Of a DNA stretch of 57,624 nucleotides, positions 13,901-23,300 are shown piece after piece; position 1 is the first letter of the stretch, and each line of letters opens with the position of its first letter. Both the position numbers and the translations under genes were made by a program. A model generated the notes under the pieces. The model had not been told where the DNA came from. It saw only the letters and a program-made list of their open reading frames with translations, and ran no database searches. This DNA is from a virus (Duplodnaviria; Caudoviricetes): IMG/VR virus record IMGVR_UViG_3300045588_000058, positions 1 to 57,624 of that record; one strand, given 5' to 3'.

Positions 13901-16900
13901 AGAATTGTAATGTAGAACCATATTGTAATACAGGCGTACCATCAGGGAACTTTATACTTTGTCCATTATGAAATATACTTCCTGTTGTTGGTATAACAAT
14001 TAGATTCTCTTGAGAACCTATCTTATCTTTATCAATAAGAATACCTCCTACATGATTTCTTTCTTTAACTCCACTAGCATCTTTATTCTCCATTGGAATA
14101 CCTCTAGATACAGCAAACTCAAAAGGTGCAGGCATTTGATCCTGATTAGCAATTAAGTCTTCTCTAAATTTAATGTATTCTTTTTTATATGCTTCAAATA
14201 GTTCTTGTTGCTTTCCTCTGAAACGTGGGTTACCTTTACTATCAGTGGTCTTGGTAGTACGCATTGTTTGGAAGATAACTTTCTTCATATCTTCTTCACT
14301 CAATTGCTTACCAACTTCTCCTAGTTGTGCACCAGTCTTATCAATAAAATAAGATTTACCACCCTCTTGTACAATAAACACTTGACCTATGAATCCATTC
14401 TCAACATCTAATACATTAGACATATCATAACTACCATATGATAACTTAACAAGTCCTTCTAGTCCTACTAATGCTTCTTGACCTGGAGTTACAAGAATAG
14501 CTCTCATGTTACCTTTATTAGGTAATGAGTCTATATTATTTAAAAACTCTCTTGAGTTCTTAACATGTTGTGCAGATAACGTAGGATCATTATAATCCTC
14601 TGATTCAGTAATACCTGATTGAAAGAATATATTAGCATCAATGATAGCACCTGCCTCATCCATAGGGGTAAAGGAAGTGTCTGTGGTAATAACAACTGTA
14701 CCAGAATTGTTTTCTATGTCAGATTGTTCTTTGGTTAACTGCTCTTTATTCTGAACAAGTTGTTTTTGTTGTGCTACTTGTTTTTCTTTTTTTGCAATAA
14801 GATCTCCAGCTTGTTTATTGAATTCTTTTTCAATAGCATCAATTAACTTTTGATTATCAAGATCATTTATAAAAGCTCTTTTATCTAATACATCTTCAAG
14901 CTTTGCTGTCTTTAGTTCAATATTATAACTAAGATATTCTTCTCTGTCCAATACAGTGTCAATAGCTTTATTTAATATATCAGCCATTTCTTCAGAAGTA
15001 TTATTTTCATCTGAAATGTTATATTCTTTAAACTCTGTCGGTGTAATAAATTTTATTTGACCATTAGGAAGTCTCACTTCAAACTCACCACCTAATGTTT
15101 GAGAGAGTACTGTAATCTTTGGAGCAAGTTGTAATGTGGTTCCTTCTTTTCTTAAAGGTTCTTTTAAAGAATATTCTTTATTAACTTCTAATTCCTTCTC
15201 TGTTATTAAAGGTTTTCTTTTTCCTGGAACTTTTTCTTGTTGTTCCACTTTAACATCTAGTTCTTCAGACTCACCAAATTCAAATTCTGGATTGTATTCA
15301 TAATTTAATGGGTTCTTTGTTATATCAGCATGCTCTTGTAAGAATAGTTTTCTACGTAAAGATAATTCAATAACATCTGATAGATCTGCTTTAAGTTGAT
15401 CTTTCAAGTCAGAACGTATGTCAAGTTCATTAATTTGTTTTAATGCTGCATCTGTAGCTTCTCTGCTAGGTTTATTATTTAATATAATACTTTGTAATAC
15501 ATTATAAGTGTCTATACCTGCTGCAGCTAAAGATTGATTAGCTAATGGTATACGAAGATCGTAATCAGCTATCTTGCTAGCTGCATACACCATCTTATCA
15601 ATAACTAAAGGAGAATATTTTCTAAGTTGTTTACCATCAGGAGATAATATTGGATTACCTTCTTCATCTTTTAATACTTCTCCAGAAAATCGTAAGTTAG
15701 TAGACTTAATTATTTCATTTGTATTTTTTGCTACTTGTTCAAAACTATTAAGTCTTTTTTGAAATGACTCAACAGTATCTTCTACATTACCTATACCTTG
15801 TTCTTTTAATGTAGCAAGTCCTTCTTCAGATATTCCCATTTGTTTTAAATCAACAATATCCTCTATAACCATATTAAACCTTCCGTAGTTTATACGAGAA
15901 GTTAAATAGTTATGCATTAAATCAGTTTGTGCATCTAAAGCCTCTAATTTATCCCCTTGTACAACAGCATCTTGATATTGTCCTTGTAATGCTACACCTC
16001 TATTAATACTTTCCATTCTTTGTAAGAATGCTTGTTGAAAGGTTGGTGCATCATTTAGTCCATTTATAAAAGTTTCAGTATTTGTTTTCTTTTGTTTGTT
16101 TTGAGTAATTGTTCCACTAGGACCAAAACTTTGCATAACTCCTCCAGTAAGAGCTCCCATGATACCTCCTTCAATTCCTTCTTTAGATCTTAATGCTCCT
16201 TTTTTTTCATCAAAAAGACTATATTGTGCACTTTCTAGAATAGCATCTAATACATCAGAAGAACTTCTATTTTGTCTTCCTTTTTCAAAATAATGTTGTG
16301 TACCAACTTGTAAAGCATATTGCCCTATTTCTTGTGCACCTTCTTTTGGATCAAACATATACCCTCCCACTCTTTTTGCAGAACTGTATAATTTTCCAAA
16401 TTTTGTTGTAGGAACTACTACATCAGCTACATATTTTCCATTTTTTAATACAGCATCTTCTACATTTCCTAATAAACCATTAGCAGCATTCTTTGTTGTT
16501 TTATATGATGAACCTAATAAGTTAGGTAATTGTTGAAACTCAGTAATTGTAAGCAATGCCATATTTCCTAAAAAAGAAGTTGCTCCCACACTTGCAGTTA
16601 AGTCATTGATATTTTCTAATTCTATTCCCGTAGGAGCATACCCATGTTCATTAGTATATTTCTGAATTAAAGATTTTTTATATTCATTAGATGTCTGTAA
16701 TGCTTCAAATGAAGCTTCTCCTGCAGATGAATAAGCAGCAATAGCAGTTCTTCTAGCAGCATCATTGAATCCTGCAAAAGCATTTGTAGATTTAGCTAAA
16801 TTTGCTAATTTAGAAGACTTAGTTGCTAAGTCAGCAATAGATGATAATTCTTTTTCTAATATAGCAGCTGCCTCAATATTTTTAGCAGAACTAAAAGCTC

Positions 16901-17654
16901 TTGATGTATTCCTCAACAATGGAGTGAATAATTTAAAAGCTTGAGAAGCTTCTGCAAGAATTGCTCCTTCAGCCGCTAATCCACCTAATGCAGCACCAGC
17001 TGCTCCTAATACACCATTAGCTATATTACCAGAAACCATTGCTCCAACAGCAAATCCTGAATTCTTAATTAACTTATCAAAAAGAAAATTTGTTGTCATC
17101 CAGTTATCTCTCTCATACCAATCAGCATTTTTTTCTTTATCTGTATAGTAATTAGGAAGATATTCTTGATCAACTTTAGTATTCCATTCATCAAGTCCTT
17201 GCATAATAGGATTATCCCATATATCAGAAAACTTACCACCAGGTAGTATTGCTTTTCCTGCACCATATAACATACCAAATCCACCTGCAATTGTAGTACC
17301 TACAAGATTGGCTCCTTTAAGAACACCGTTAAATGCTTTCTCAACTGATCCTTGACTATATGCTGCAAAGTCTTCTTGGTTTGCTATTATAGGATTATAT
17401 TCTTTATATCTTTGATTTGCTTTTAATGTAGCACTTGTAACAAATACTCCTTTTTCATTAAAGTCTGTAGTCTTTGAAATATTATCTAATATTGCAAAAA
17501 CATCTTTATCATTACGAGCAAGAGTTGGCAAATTAAAATCACTACTACCTACATTAATAGGAGCAGCAGGTCTAGGTGCCCCAATATTAATATGTTCAAA
17601 AGGAATAGAACTATCTTTTATTATAGGTTGTAAGTTTTTATCAAAATCTGGCAT
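4956..17654 (-). CDS. Virion-packaged DNA-dependent RNA polymerase (crAss-like vRNAP), multidomain
   Basis: 4232 aa; catalytic GSDFDIDK (DFDID at 8556-8570) preceded by GFRIPTQ; zincin-like HEVFE and HEVKH motifs; position at the end of the structural module. Confidence 0.93.
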   Translation of the reverse strand: MPDFDKNLQPIIKDSSIPFEHINIGAPRPAAPINVGSSDFNLPTLARNDKDVFAILDNISKTTDFNEKGVFVTSATLKANQRYKEYNPIIANQEDFAAYSQGSVEKAFNGVLKGANLVGTTIAGGFGMLYGAGKAILPGGKFSDIWDNPIMQGLDEWNTKVDQEYLPNYYTDKEKNADWYERDNWMTTNFLFDKLIKNSGFAVGAMVSGNIANGVLGAAGAALGGLAAEGAILAEASQAFKLFTPLLRNTSRAFSSAKNIEAAAILEKELSSIADLATKSSKLANLAKSTNAFAGFNDAARRTAIAAYSSAGEASFEALQTSNEYKKSLIQKYTNEHGYAPTGIELENINDLTASVGATSFLGNMALLTITEFQQLPNLLGSSYKTTKNAANGLLGNVEDAVLKNGKYVADVVVPTTKFGKLYSSAKRVGGYMFDPKEGAQEIGQYALQVGTQHYFEKGRQNRSSSDVLDAILESAQYSLFDEKKGALRSKEGIEGGIMGALTGGVMQSFGPSGTITQNKQKKTNTETFINGLNDAPTFQQAFLQRMESINRGVALQGQYQDAVVQGDKLEALDAQTDLMHNYLTSRINYGRFNMVIEDIVDLKQMGISEEGLATLKEQGIGNVEDTVESFQKRLNSFEQVAKNTNEIIKSTNLRFSGEVLKDEEGNPILSPDGKQLRKYSPLVIDKMVYAASKIADYDLRIPLANQSLAAAGIDTYNVLQSIILNNKPSREATDAALKQINELDIRSDLKDQLKADLSDVIELSLRRKLFLQEHADITKNPLNYEYNPEFEFGESEELDVKVEQQEKVPGKRKPLITEKELEVNKEYSLKEPLRKEGTTLQLAPKITVLSQTLGGEFEVRLPNGQIKFITPTEFKEYNISDENNTSEEMADILNKAIDTVLDREEYLSYNIELKTAKLEDVLDKRAFINDLDNQKLIDAIEKEFNKQAGDLIAKKEKQVAQQKQLVQNKEQLTKEQSDIENNSGTVVITTDTSFTPMDEAGAIIDANIFFQSGITESEDYNDPTLSAQHVKNSREFLNNIDSLPNKGNMRAILVTPGQEALVGLEGLVKLSYGSYDMSNVLDVENGFIGQVFIVQEGGKSYFIDKTGAQLGEVGKQLSEEDMKKVIFQTMRTTKTTDSKGNPRFRGKQQELFEAYKKEYIKFREDLIANQDQMPAPFEFAVSRGIPMENKDASGVKERNHVGGILIDKDKIGSQENLIVIPTTGSIFHNGQSIKFPDGTPVLQYGSTLQFLNNKKFNTKEASTIFQVVKAFAADTVAQSESGAPIRLNRDYSDYLQNVLYWRVGQTKTNNQININTSAMTIQIGGKEYSMSEIANNEKEIVDNLKEAFNAINNTTLTKKFDDEFLEYTLDKNGELNKEPIEWKNYQTYLLSDKNPDGSARAVDSTPLTTSVAAPTADLPYSFKQRYATIESMGLSIPTPTVEVKAAEPSAPGTEKIGEYTIGNDTPNTYTLSGDRPVSFTAAYDENGKVAVQIESNDTTKAIATNKTADGKKVVDQVIIPALKNIALEKEQEFDLTKTDEEYVFDYLANTIASDLQNKKDAAAAPVVEETVVEEAPVVEEEKKEIPTGADRFSGGPANLPGYRAVGADGNERMTDAEIQLFKTWHADNVPNIPFQILENIIERGDIKAWGVFEEGVAKFVRGGLRGTEYHEVFEGIYKGMLSPEEQQALLDEFKAKPGVFTDRQSGKKINYADATDLQAKERIADDFSDFRKGKLPARSLGEAIRNFFAKIINFFRSFISNPSLKQDLFKAIDTGKFKERTLSPNVINEAAEYRAVEGLTEQQTREFVQDMTARAAGILYSEGEKGLLFSPDGITSNSMYDKIKTQYSNERYANGFSKIELLGDVAWTQLKEKTTISLRTLGISFNEEDKVSINDEATNKNDYAPEPFSTDWKKNSTGAIKFSLATLLEVQATNQENALSFKLPAPKVSSVVGFKLLNFTRAFATVLDKLSNTTSVTKMVNKLSDLAKDDSNYVRLFQRVGGKLSNRSVPFIDFDVNDWRYFIQFTQTFTKQKPDALIQYKEGQEVYVAPANLYTAIKQTQKGWMENIKMLASSDASLISYNKTNKTYQVDTEKIQNLPIKFPQEKVDFLKEIGIDFSLEVYNKLKDIEQVSFEKAISAIKTYLGAEKNIMTITGKTLGNINGQLSKLAELYNKVTNPNQESTYSGVEGQKMGAFAENNAPSLFENEFNESNTLDELLERRPELKDVYSKGSQVLKKGGLFFDDNGVRIKEMKVSYIQGTKLIDTNKGIVTSKLSLGERFTQEINQNLDGNYYVLIPADGSTEWMMNLGNNIKLKEIEGGRAWSKINKIFKGYLKDDIALALDFANREKLKSVKDKAKELRFFKDILSEKALTDINELIEDNASMETIDEYISNNSEDINASIKEYIESTVAETRAILEENKQIVLVKPDTFSYVGLIDSFVKDESLNKSALSDKTVNDILTFANVNYIINNIEYHKVLFGDPYQFAIKKDGSLDEPKRIKSFLSPRRTTFDTPEFNTFLNQNLNKIGEINLKPGDPGYQQFKAYTNTVTFKDITIAGSLSNVISVYGKTNEADAMSWLMDGTYREIKLKNGQWSQEAEAWHQWQMAYTRQNFPSYNYTSNNLERHDVDLMKTKQPKHVIEILKPIVSGNKYGKNNLDIVLDKFSQMPIYYSMVEGTTMEKLYTKMFNAGIGYAIVESGRKAGAEELHSLYNSNGDFNDEAFNNNVQIPWKAYGIQVETTTEGPKEQTRGSQLTKLSSMDLFDNGQTIGATLERQKAIRDEYNRNVKILNDLHQNGYNTLLRKLGVVDNGNGFTLKNGRAVSETLMYEMLRREVSDNTIDTLQLDENEQFRIPFEASPSYIEIRNILYSLIDKAIISPKMNGGAHVQVPATMFEQATKGRSLAIKTAEGWKKISKEAYNALSDADKKKVMLTDDTLKFYTKQDPYCEILLPHWFKGKLGQHVGKTDTELIEYLNTTPDGKALLQGIGFRIPTQALSSVEAIRVKGFLPQYMGATVVVPSEITTKAGSDFDIDKLNMYLKSTYLDKNGDVRLIKYMGSEEATKEHYGDMFDKGLLFTKEQSKQLEEELAFSKDSEYEDRLVKSMFSNLGVFSDEDIIDDFTKSLTEQGIKETIINEMYKKSLENEYYDSLEKLITLPENFDRLIAPIGDAGLKALSIKLDELRGYDETTIKNRMLNRNYLTSLRNSFVTAKRWVGIAAVNITNLSLKQKSEVYIDPLRFSGLSIQDEKFLGDGEIALKHNTVLIDGEERISLSGTTVKDSTELISDRLSGYATSFVDVAKDDYITKIIQSDLAIGTFMFLENIGAGEQAAMFVNQPIISQYLKYLNSISAKGLFNQKNIGAIKDRFVTTEANLESTSLNITNLDGNIKDYYAGIEFNTIRNAEQHKILDEFLKYAKMAEFNFKFTQATNYDTIKLRSAETLSKKQWRTQTAIDTNIISSVDNILNSTFIGPQSKFLDKSTEAMGAVLKLDQLEFKEITNTVLRSFGDNEYLANDKFEKIAVEIKAAFIDYVVQNDTKYSDRIKELLIDDNTSVAVRLEVAKKTNPSLQILKELQADTGERPDGVKTIRLKTRPENATDKNMYTGMMRELRDTPATNQLYKDIVELSILQGTYASPLSIREIIPIEDYSAIVEPIISGLVANQSLDEFTKGWYQRNNFRNSDVFSIVENIKFFQSFTEEPIRTPEGDLYKYFSYSFPSAEGLGIKSEDRKILFLSEKYNFMDLKNDYVKIPRVIGGIDMVTGREVSSADYARRKAKGDYSLKDYFGYVKVKNEYGQPLIVYKKIKKEIIGHHVYKLINLYGDGDRATENYEYFKPSVIDNGSIKIDTEIPNADIINYYGAGLVKEDVVPLPAIEAPVSKKEYTEFEEVSDDLVPEEIQPKFKLMGNEVIRTEDGSTADEYNSPEEAKEGLKEWLALDKPVVKQRELFTFEKGMAQKSFRKKTLNFVDNIATTKETVVAMSNSKKTGIISINQKAMAQKFEDKAWTKPAKQLDGSFATPLAENQFSTMDEWFTFALIHEVKHDTILKQEGETTGQYEDRINQAAITDLNKNYNVSVKVDAAELSNEYKAIDKQNVRDQLINQEYYISTGKGVNEKNVKVDENNVEDALNLKGDAELVTKGFSNKFFIAVVPNAVYNIPSKSGSIEYESIEDILSDVSDESNKYLSAEEKLSAIEYLKQYGIDLSEKEFVDPNQLSLFSDETWEQEENNDTCEPF

Positions 17655-17665
17655 ACTAATTTATT

Positions 17666-20239
17666 TTAAAGATTTTTAATTGCTTCTTTATCAGCAGCAT
17701 TAACTGATAAATTATTTAAATACAATTGTTTGATTTGTGCTTTTGTTAGTTGTCCTAAAAAAGACATAGCATCTTGTCTAGACATTGGATTATTATCTAA
17801 TTGAAGAGGAACTACACCATTAGCTGTATTTAATTTTAATTGTATATATTGTTTAGCATTATTAGATTTATTCCAACTTAAGTCTGCTTTTATATCTAAT
17901 CCTGTATTAGGCATTTGAGATCTTCCAAAATAAGAATCTTTATATTTACCTGTTGGATTAGTATTACCATCTCCTAAATATTGTGCTTCAACTATCTCTT
18001 TATATTGTTGAGTTGGTTCATTAGGATCACTAATAGGTAATTGTTGAACTTCTCTACTTTCTAAAGGTATAGTTATTTCTTTACCATCTTTATTTAATAT
18101 TAAATAAGTCTTGTCTCCTTGAGTTAATTTTTTATAATTTATATTACCTTTTCCTTCACTACTAACCCATGATTTACCTAAAGCAATATCATCTTTACTT
18201 AATTTTTCATCACCACCTTTACCTTCAAATCTAGTTAATACAGTACTAGCAATTCCTTCCCATCTTCTTCTAGCTATATCTCCACCTTCACTACTAAATG
18301 TAATTGATGTAACTCTAGGAATATATGTTCCAGCACGTTCTAATAATTTAGCTTGAACTTGTTCATCTTTTCTATTTCCAGAAGTTCTTTTATACTCACT
18401 AACTTTTGATACAATTTTAGAAAAATTATCAAATGTTCCCGAACTTATACTTATTTTAGATAGTAATTTTTCTTTGGCAGTTAAAGGAGCGTTATAAGTA
18501 TCCTCTGATGTAAATGCAGAACCTTCTATATTTTTTCCAGGTTTAATAACTCTTTTTTCAGCAAAGTTAGCAACTTCTTGAGGTGAGAATGTTACAATTC
18601 TCCCATTATTATCTTTCATAGAAACAGGTGCAAAAGTTTTAATCTCTTGATCTAATTTCTTTTTACCTTGAATAAATTCTGGAGAATTATTTACTTCATT
18701 TATTACTTTAGTTCTAGCAGCAGTTAATCTATTAGCTTTATTTTGATTTTCTATAATTCCATCAACTTGTTCTCTCCATTCAACAGGAATAGCTTTCACG
18801 GTACTACCATCTCCTAGTTTGTACCAGTTAGGATCACCATTTTTATATTTCTCAATAGCATTCTTTATTTGGGTTGAATTAGTTCCAGGAATACCTTTTA
18901 CCATGTCAACTATTCCTGTGCTAGCAGATTGACGATATGAAGTTTCATCTTCTATCATTGCAGACATAGGATCTTTAACATTTGTATTTTCTCCTAAATA
19001 AGTTTCAAAAGGATTATCTACTCCATAAAGATCAGCATGTTGTTTAGCCACTTTTAGTTGATAATCTTTATTAGACATATCCATATCAAATTTTCCTTTG
19101 TATTCTGTCCAATTTTGACCTCTTACATCTAAGTTAAATTTTGCAAGATCAAGTGCTTGTTTCTTTTCCCAATGCTCTGCTTCTAATACAACATTAGTTA
19201 AAAGGTTTTCTTTATTATGTTCCCAAGCATAAGTATTTGAAAATTCAGCAATTGCTCCATTTTTATAAATAGTAGCTTTGGCTTGATCTGGATCTGATTT
19301 TATTGATTCTAATTCATCATTAAGTTGTACACCTAATTCTTTATTTTTAAGTTCTAAACTATCAATTGCATCTTGTGCTTTTTTTTGATACTCTGGATTA
19401 GAAGTACTTAAATTACATAAACCATTTAATTCTTCTATACGTTTATTATTTAATTCAACTTGTTTACCGAATCTAGTTTGAGAATAAACTGCCAATTTAT
19501 CTGGTGTATCAAATTGTCTAAATGTATATCTACCACTAATAGATAATTGATTTAATTCATCTGGAGATAAACTAGACCTTAATGCATTTTCTATTTTTGC
19601 AGATGATACAGTTTCTTTACTTATACGTTGCATTGCTGCAGCAGTCTTATTATAATTTATAGACCCATCATCATTTCTTGCATATGGAATATCTTGTTCA
19701 GCAAGATCTGAATGTAATGACTTCATTACATCCATCCACTTTTTATTTACATCTATATATTGAGTATATCGACCATTAAATTTATCACCTACCTTAGTAG
19801 AAGTTAAATATCTATTTGCTTTTTCTCCAAAGTCCCATTGATTTTCTTGAGAAGATTTTCCTTCTGAAATAGCTTTTTCCATTTCAGCTTGTTGTTTTCT
19901 TAACCAAGCAGTAGAACTTACAGCATTTCTTACATTTTCATCTTTAGTAATTTGATTAGTCATTCCATTAACAGAGTTAACTAATTGAAAATTAGAAAAA
20001 TCTCCAGCAGCTACAGCAGTGAGGTTATTACCTAGTTGATTAAGTTTAGATTGTAAGTATGCTTTATCAACATCATTAGCAATATCCATACCTGCAACAT
20101 TGTCAATATTAGTTTGTATTTTTTGAATACCCTCATCATATTGCTGTTGTTTAGCCATACCAACCTTTACCATTGCTTCCACTGGTAGTTGTTGTACGTA
20201 AGGATTAAATTGGGGAATTTTATCAGTGAACGAGCCCAT
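17666..20239 (-). CDS. Internal virion (ejection/cargo) protein
   Basis: 857 aa, helical; N-terminal PYVQQLPVEAM...QQQYD pattern resembles crAss-like proteins encoded just upstream of vRNAP. Confidence 0.7.
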   Translation of the reverse strand: MGSFTDKIPQFNPYVQQLPVEAMVKVGMAKQQQYDEGIQKIQTNIDNVAGMDIANDVDKAYLQSKLNQLGNNLTAVAAGDFSNFQLVNSVNGMTNQITKDENVRNAVSSTAWLRKQQAEMEKAISEGKSSQENQWDFGEKANRYLTSTKVGDKFNGRYTQYIDVNKKWMDVMKSLHSDLAEQDIPYARNDDGSINYNKTAAAMQRISKETVSSAKIENALRSSLSPDELNQLSISGRYTFRQFDTPDKLAVYSQTRFGKQVELNNKRIEELNGLCNLSTSNPEYQKKAQDAIDSLELKNKELGVQLNDELESIKSDPDQAKATIYKNGAIAEFSNTYAWEHNKENLLTNVVLEAEHWEKKQALDLAKFNLDVRGQNWTEYKGKFDMDMSNKDYQLKVAKQHADLYGVDNPFETYLGENTNVKDPMSAMIEDETSYRQSASTGIVDMVKGIPGTNSTQIKNAIEKYKNGDPNWYKLGDGSTVKAIPVEWREQVDGIIENQNKANRLTAARTKVINEVNNSPEFIQGKKKLDQEIKTFAPVSMKDNNGRIVTFSPQEVANFAEKRVIKPGKNIEGSAFTSEDTYNAPLTAKEKLLSKISISSGTFDNFSKIVSKVSEYKRTSGNRKDEQVQAKLLERAGTYIPRVTSITFSSEGGDIARRRWEGIASTVLTRFEGKGGDEKLSKDDIALGKSWVSSEGKGNINYKKLTQGDKTYLILNKDGKEITIPLESREVQQLPISDPNEPTQQYKEIVEAQYLGDGNTNPTGKYKDSYFGRSQMPNTGLDIKADLSWNKSNNAKQYIQLKLNTANGVVPLQLDNNPMSRQDAMSFLGQLTKAQIKQLYLNNLSVNAADKEAIKNL

Positions 20240-20277
20240 ATATTCTTATATTTTACATGCCTTAGCATGTTGGTTAA

Positions 20278-20309
20278 CAAATGTAATATGAATTATTAGA
20301 ACTACCAAA
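20278..20309 (-). promoter_or_regulatory. Bacteroidota sigma70-type promoter TTTG-N20-TACATTTG
   Basis: Consensus -33 and -7 elements at canonical spacing, upstream of the 857-aa gene. Confidence 0.75.
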
Positions 20310-20325
20310 ATTAATAATCAATTCT

Positions 20326-20356
20326 GGTAATTCTTTATAATTAAATTAGTTATAAA
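20326..20356. promoter_or_regulatory. Conserved 31-bp palindrome-containing box, copy 1
   Basis: GGTAATTCTTTATAATTAAATTAGTTATAAA; 28/31 identical to 35205-35235; same offset from the -33 element. Confidence 0.75.
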
Positions 20357-23300
20357 TTTTTGTATGATTTAACAATAGAACCATTTTTAGCTGGTTTAGT
20401 TTTTTCTTTTTCTTTGGAAGTTTTACCTTCTAAAGCAGATTTATACATTTCTAACTCTTCAGGATTAGCATTAGCAATCATTTCTTTAAAGTTTACTAAA
20501 GGATTCATATTAATAGCTCTTCCTTTATTGTCAAATCTGTAATTATACATATTCTCCATTACCCCAAGAGTTCTATTTTCAAGTTTGTTCTTAGCATATT
20601 TATCAGCTATAGAATTAAGGGCAGCTTGTGTTGTAGCTTTTGTATTAGACATGGCTTCAGCTTGTCTTGTGTATTGCTGATCTGCAATAGCAAGGTTTTT
20701 AAGTTTAGCATCGTTAAGAATATTTCTATTTTCTCCATACACTCTATCTTTCATCTCTTGGTTAGCTCTGAATTGATTAGCTAATACAGATTGATTAGCT
20801 TGATACTTTTGCGCATTTAGATTAGCTTGAGCTGCTGGGTTATATCCCATCATTCTTTGTGCTGCTCTATAATCTGATTGATTAGCATTCAATTGATCTT
20901 GTAAAGAAATATCATAAGGTACTCCTAACTCTGGTCTATAGAAGTTAGCTTGTACAGGTTCTAATTGATTAGTAGCCATAGCATACATTTCTGGATACAA
21001 TTGTGAGGCATCTAAATCTTCTACATCACTTGGTCTAAAATTAGGAAGTACAGCATTAGCAAATAAAGTAGCTTTATCCCACCAATCTTTATTCTTACCA
21101 GATTTTGTTGATGATTTTTTATTAGATGGAGTATCAGATTCATCATCACGCATATAGTAATCAAATATATCATCTTCTTCTTCTATTTGCCCAGATTCAT
21201 CACCCCACATATATGACTGTCTTTCTTCTGGTTCAACTTGCAAACTTTTTTTAGGTCTGATAACTACTTCATCAAGTTCTCCACCTTGCATATCTGCTTG
21301 TTTCATTAAATCTTCATCACTTAATTTATTAAGACCATCTTGTGCTTGTGTAAACTTACCACCAAACTTAGCATATTGTTTCTGGGCTTTTTTATCTATC
21401 TTTACTTTACCTCTTGCAAGATCATCAGCAACTAAACCATTTTCTTCTGCTGTATCATTGATAGCATTCTGAAGAGAAGCTGCATTTATTTTCTTATCAG
21501 CTAAATCTTTAAGTTTCATATTAGCTCCTTGTATGCTAGCTTGTAATGCTGTAAGTTTTAGTTTATCAAAAGAGTTTTTTGGATCTAATGCATTAAGTTC
21601 TTTTGTAGATTTATCTATTAATGTATTTTGTTTACTTTCTATCTTAGATAGATCATTTACATAGTTTTTAAACTTTTTACCTTTTGCATTTTTATCTCCT
21701 AACATATCTATATATTGATTAGGTATTTTTAAATTACCAAACACTACACCTGATTTTTGTACTTCACCAGTCATTGGATCTACTACACCACCTTCTTCTA
21801 ATTCAACCATAGGTTCTCCTCTTTCTACTTCTACTGGATTACCACCGTAAGTAACACCAATACCTGTTTCTCCATTAGGAGAATATTCTTCGTGACTCTT
21901 ACCTCTAAACATAACTGTTTCTCCTGTACCAGGTAAATAAGGATTACGTGATATAGTTTCAGCTCCTCCACCCCAATGTGTTTGTAACTCTCCACCTAAT
22001 CCATAAGATTTAACATCTCCACCATTCTTATAACTTTCCATAGCTCTATCACTAGGAGGTGTGTAATCTCTTAGATGTCCACCAGCTCTTAATGTATTCA
22101 TTCCTTCATGTGCATAGTCATAAACTTCTTGTTCATCAAGACCACCAAATGATGCTATAACTTGTGGTTGCCAATCATTAGATACCCATCCACCATCTTC
22201 CATAAAAGATTGATTTTGAGATTGAATTCCTTTAGCCATACCAACATTTGCCATTCCTTGCATATTTCTTTGTGTAGCAGCATTATCTTTCTTTATTCTT
22301 TTAGCATAAGGATCTAATGCATTACCAGCTATACCTCCAACAAATTCTCCAATAGCTCCACCAACAGGTCCACCAAAAGCTGAACCAATTGCTTTACCTG
22401 CTGTACCACCTATTTGTCCACCAGCATTTTGACCACCCATTAATTCTTGTCCCATACCTGTAGCTTTACTTGATATAGCTCCCCAAGGAGTTCCTCCACC
22501 ATCTTGCATTTGGTGCATTCTTCCACCATGATAATATTGTTTTACATTACTATCATTTAATGGTTCATATCCACTATCTGTATATATATCATTTGGATCA
22601 TATGTATTTTGTATTTCTGATGGGTTACCTCCTACATATCCACCATCTTGTAATCTCGTACCATTTCTAGCAAGAACATTTGTACCAACACCATTAACAG
22701 GAAATAAGTTTTCTCCTGTCATAGGTTGCATCATAGCATTTCTTTGTTTAGAAAATGTATCTTGCATTTGTCTACGTGCATCCACATCTGTACTTTGTGC
22801 TGCTTGTAAAGAAACATCACTTACTAGTTTTGTTTGTTTAGCTGCTTTAGCTGCTTCTTTCTCAGCTTTTAATGCTCCTATACCTCCAATAATTTCACCA
22901 ATAGGTCCAGCTTGTTTACCTAATGCTTTAGATGTTTTAGTCCATCCATTTTCTTGTGGTGCTGAGCCTTGAGCACCTAATTTAGAAACATCAAATCCTC
23001 CTATACCACCAGTAGCTAAAGGGTTTGTAGAACCTGCAGGTTTTAATTGATTTACAGGTTGCAATTGTCCATAATTAGTTGCTCCTGCTGGAGGGTTGTT
23101 AGAATACCAATCTCCATTTTGTGCTCTAGGAATAGCAGTTCCATATCTAGCACCTCCTAACGAAGAAGCTATATCACCCATACCTTCCATACCCTCTCCT
23201 CCTTCCATTGCACCACCAAACATTTTCATAAGACCACCAATATCAAAACCACCTCCACCACTGTCTTTTTGTGCAGCAGCTGCAGCTTGTTGTTTTTCTA

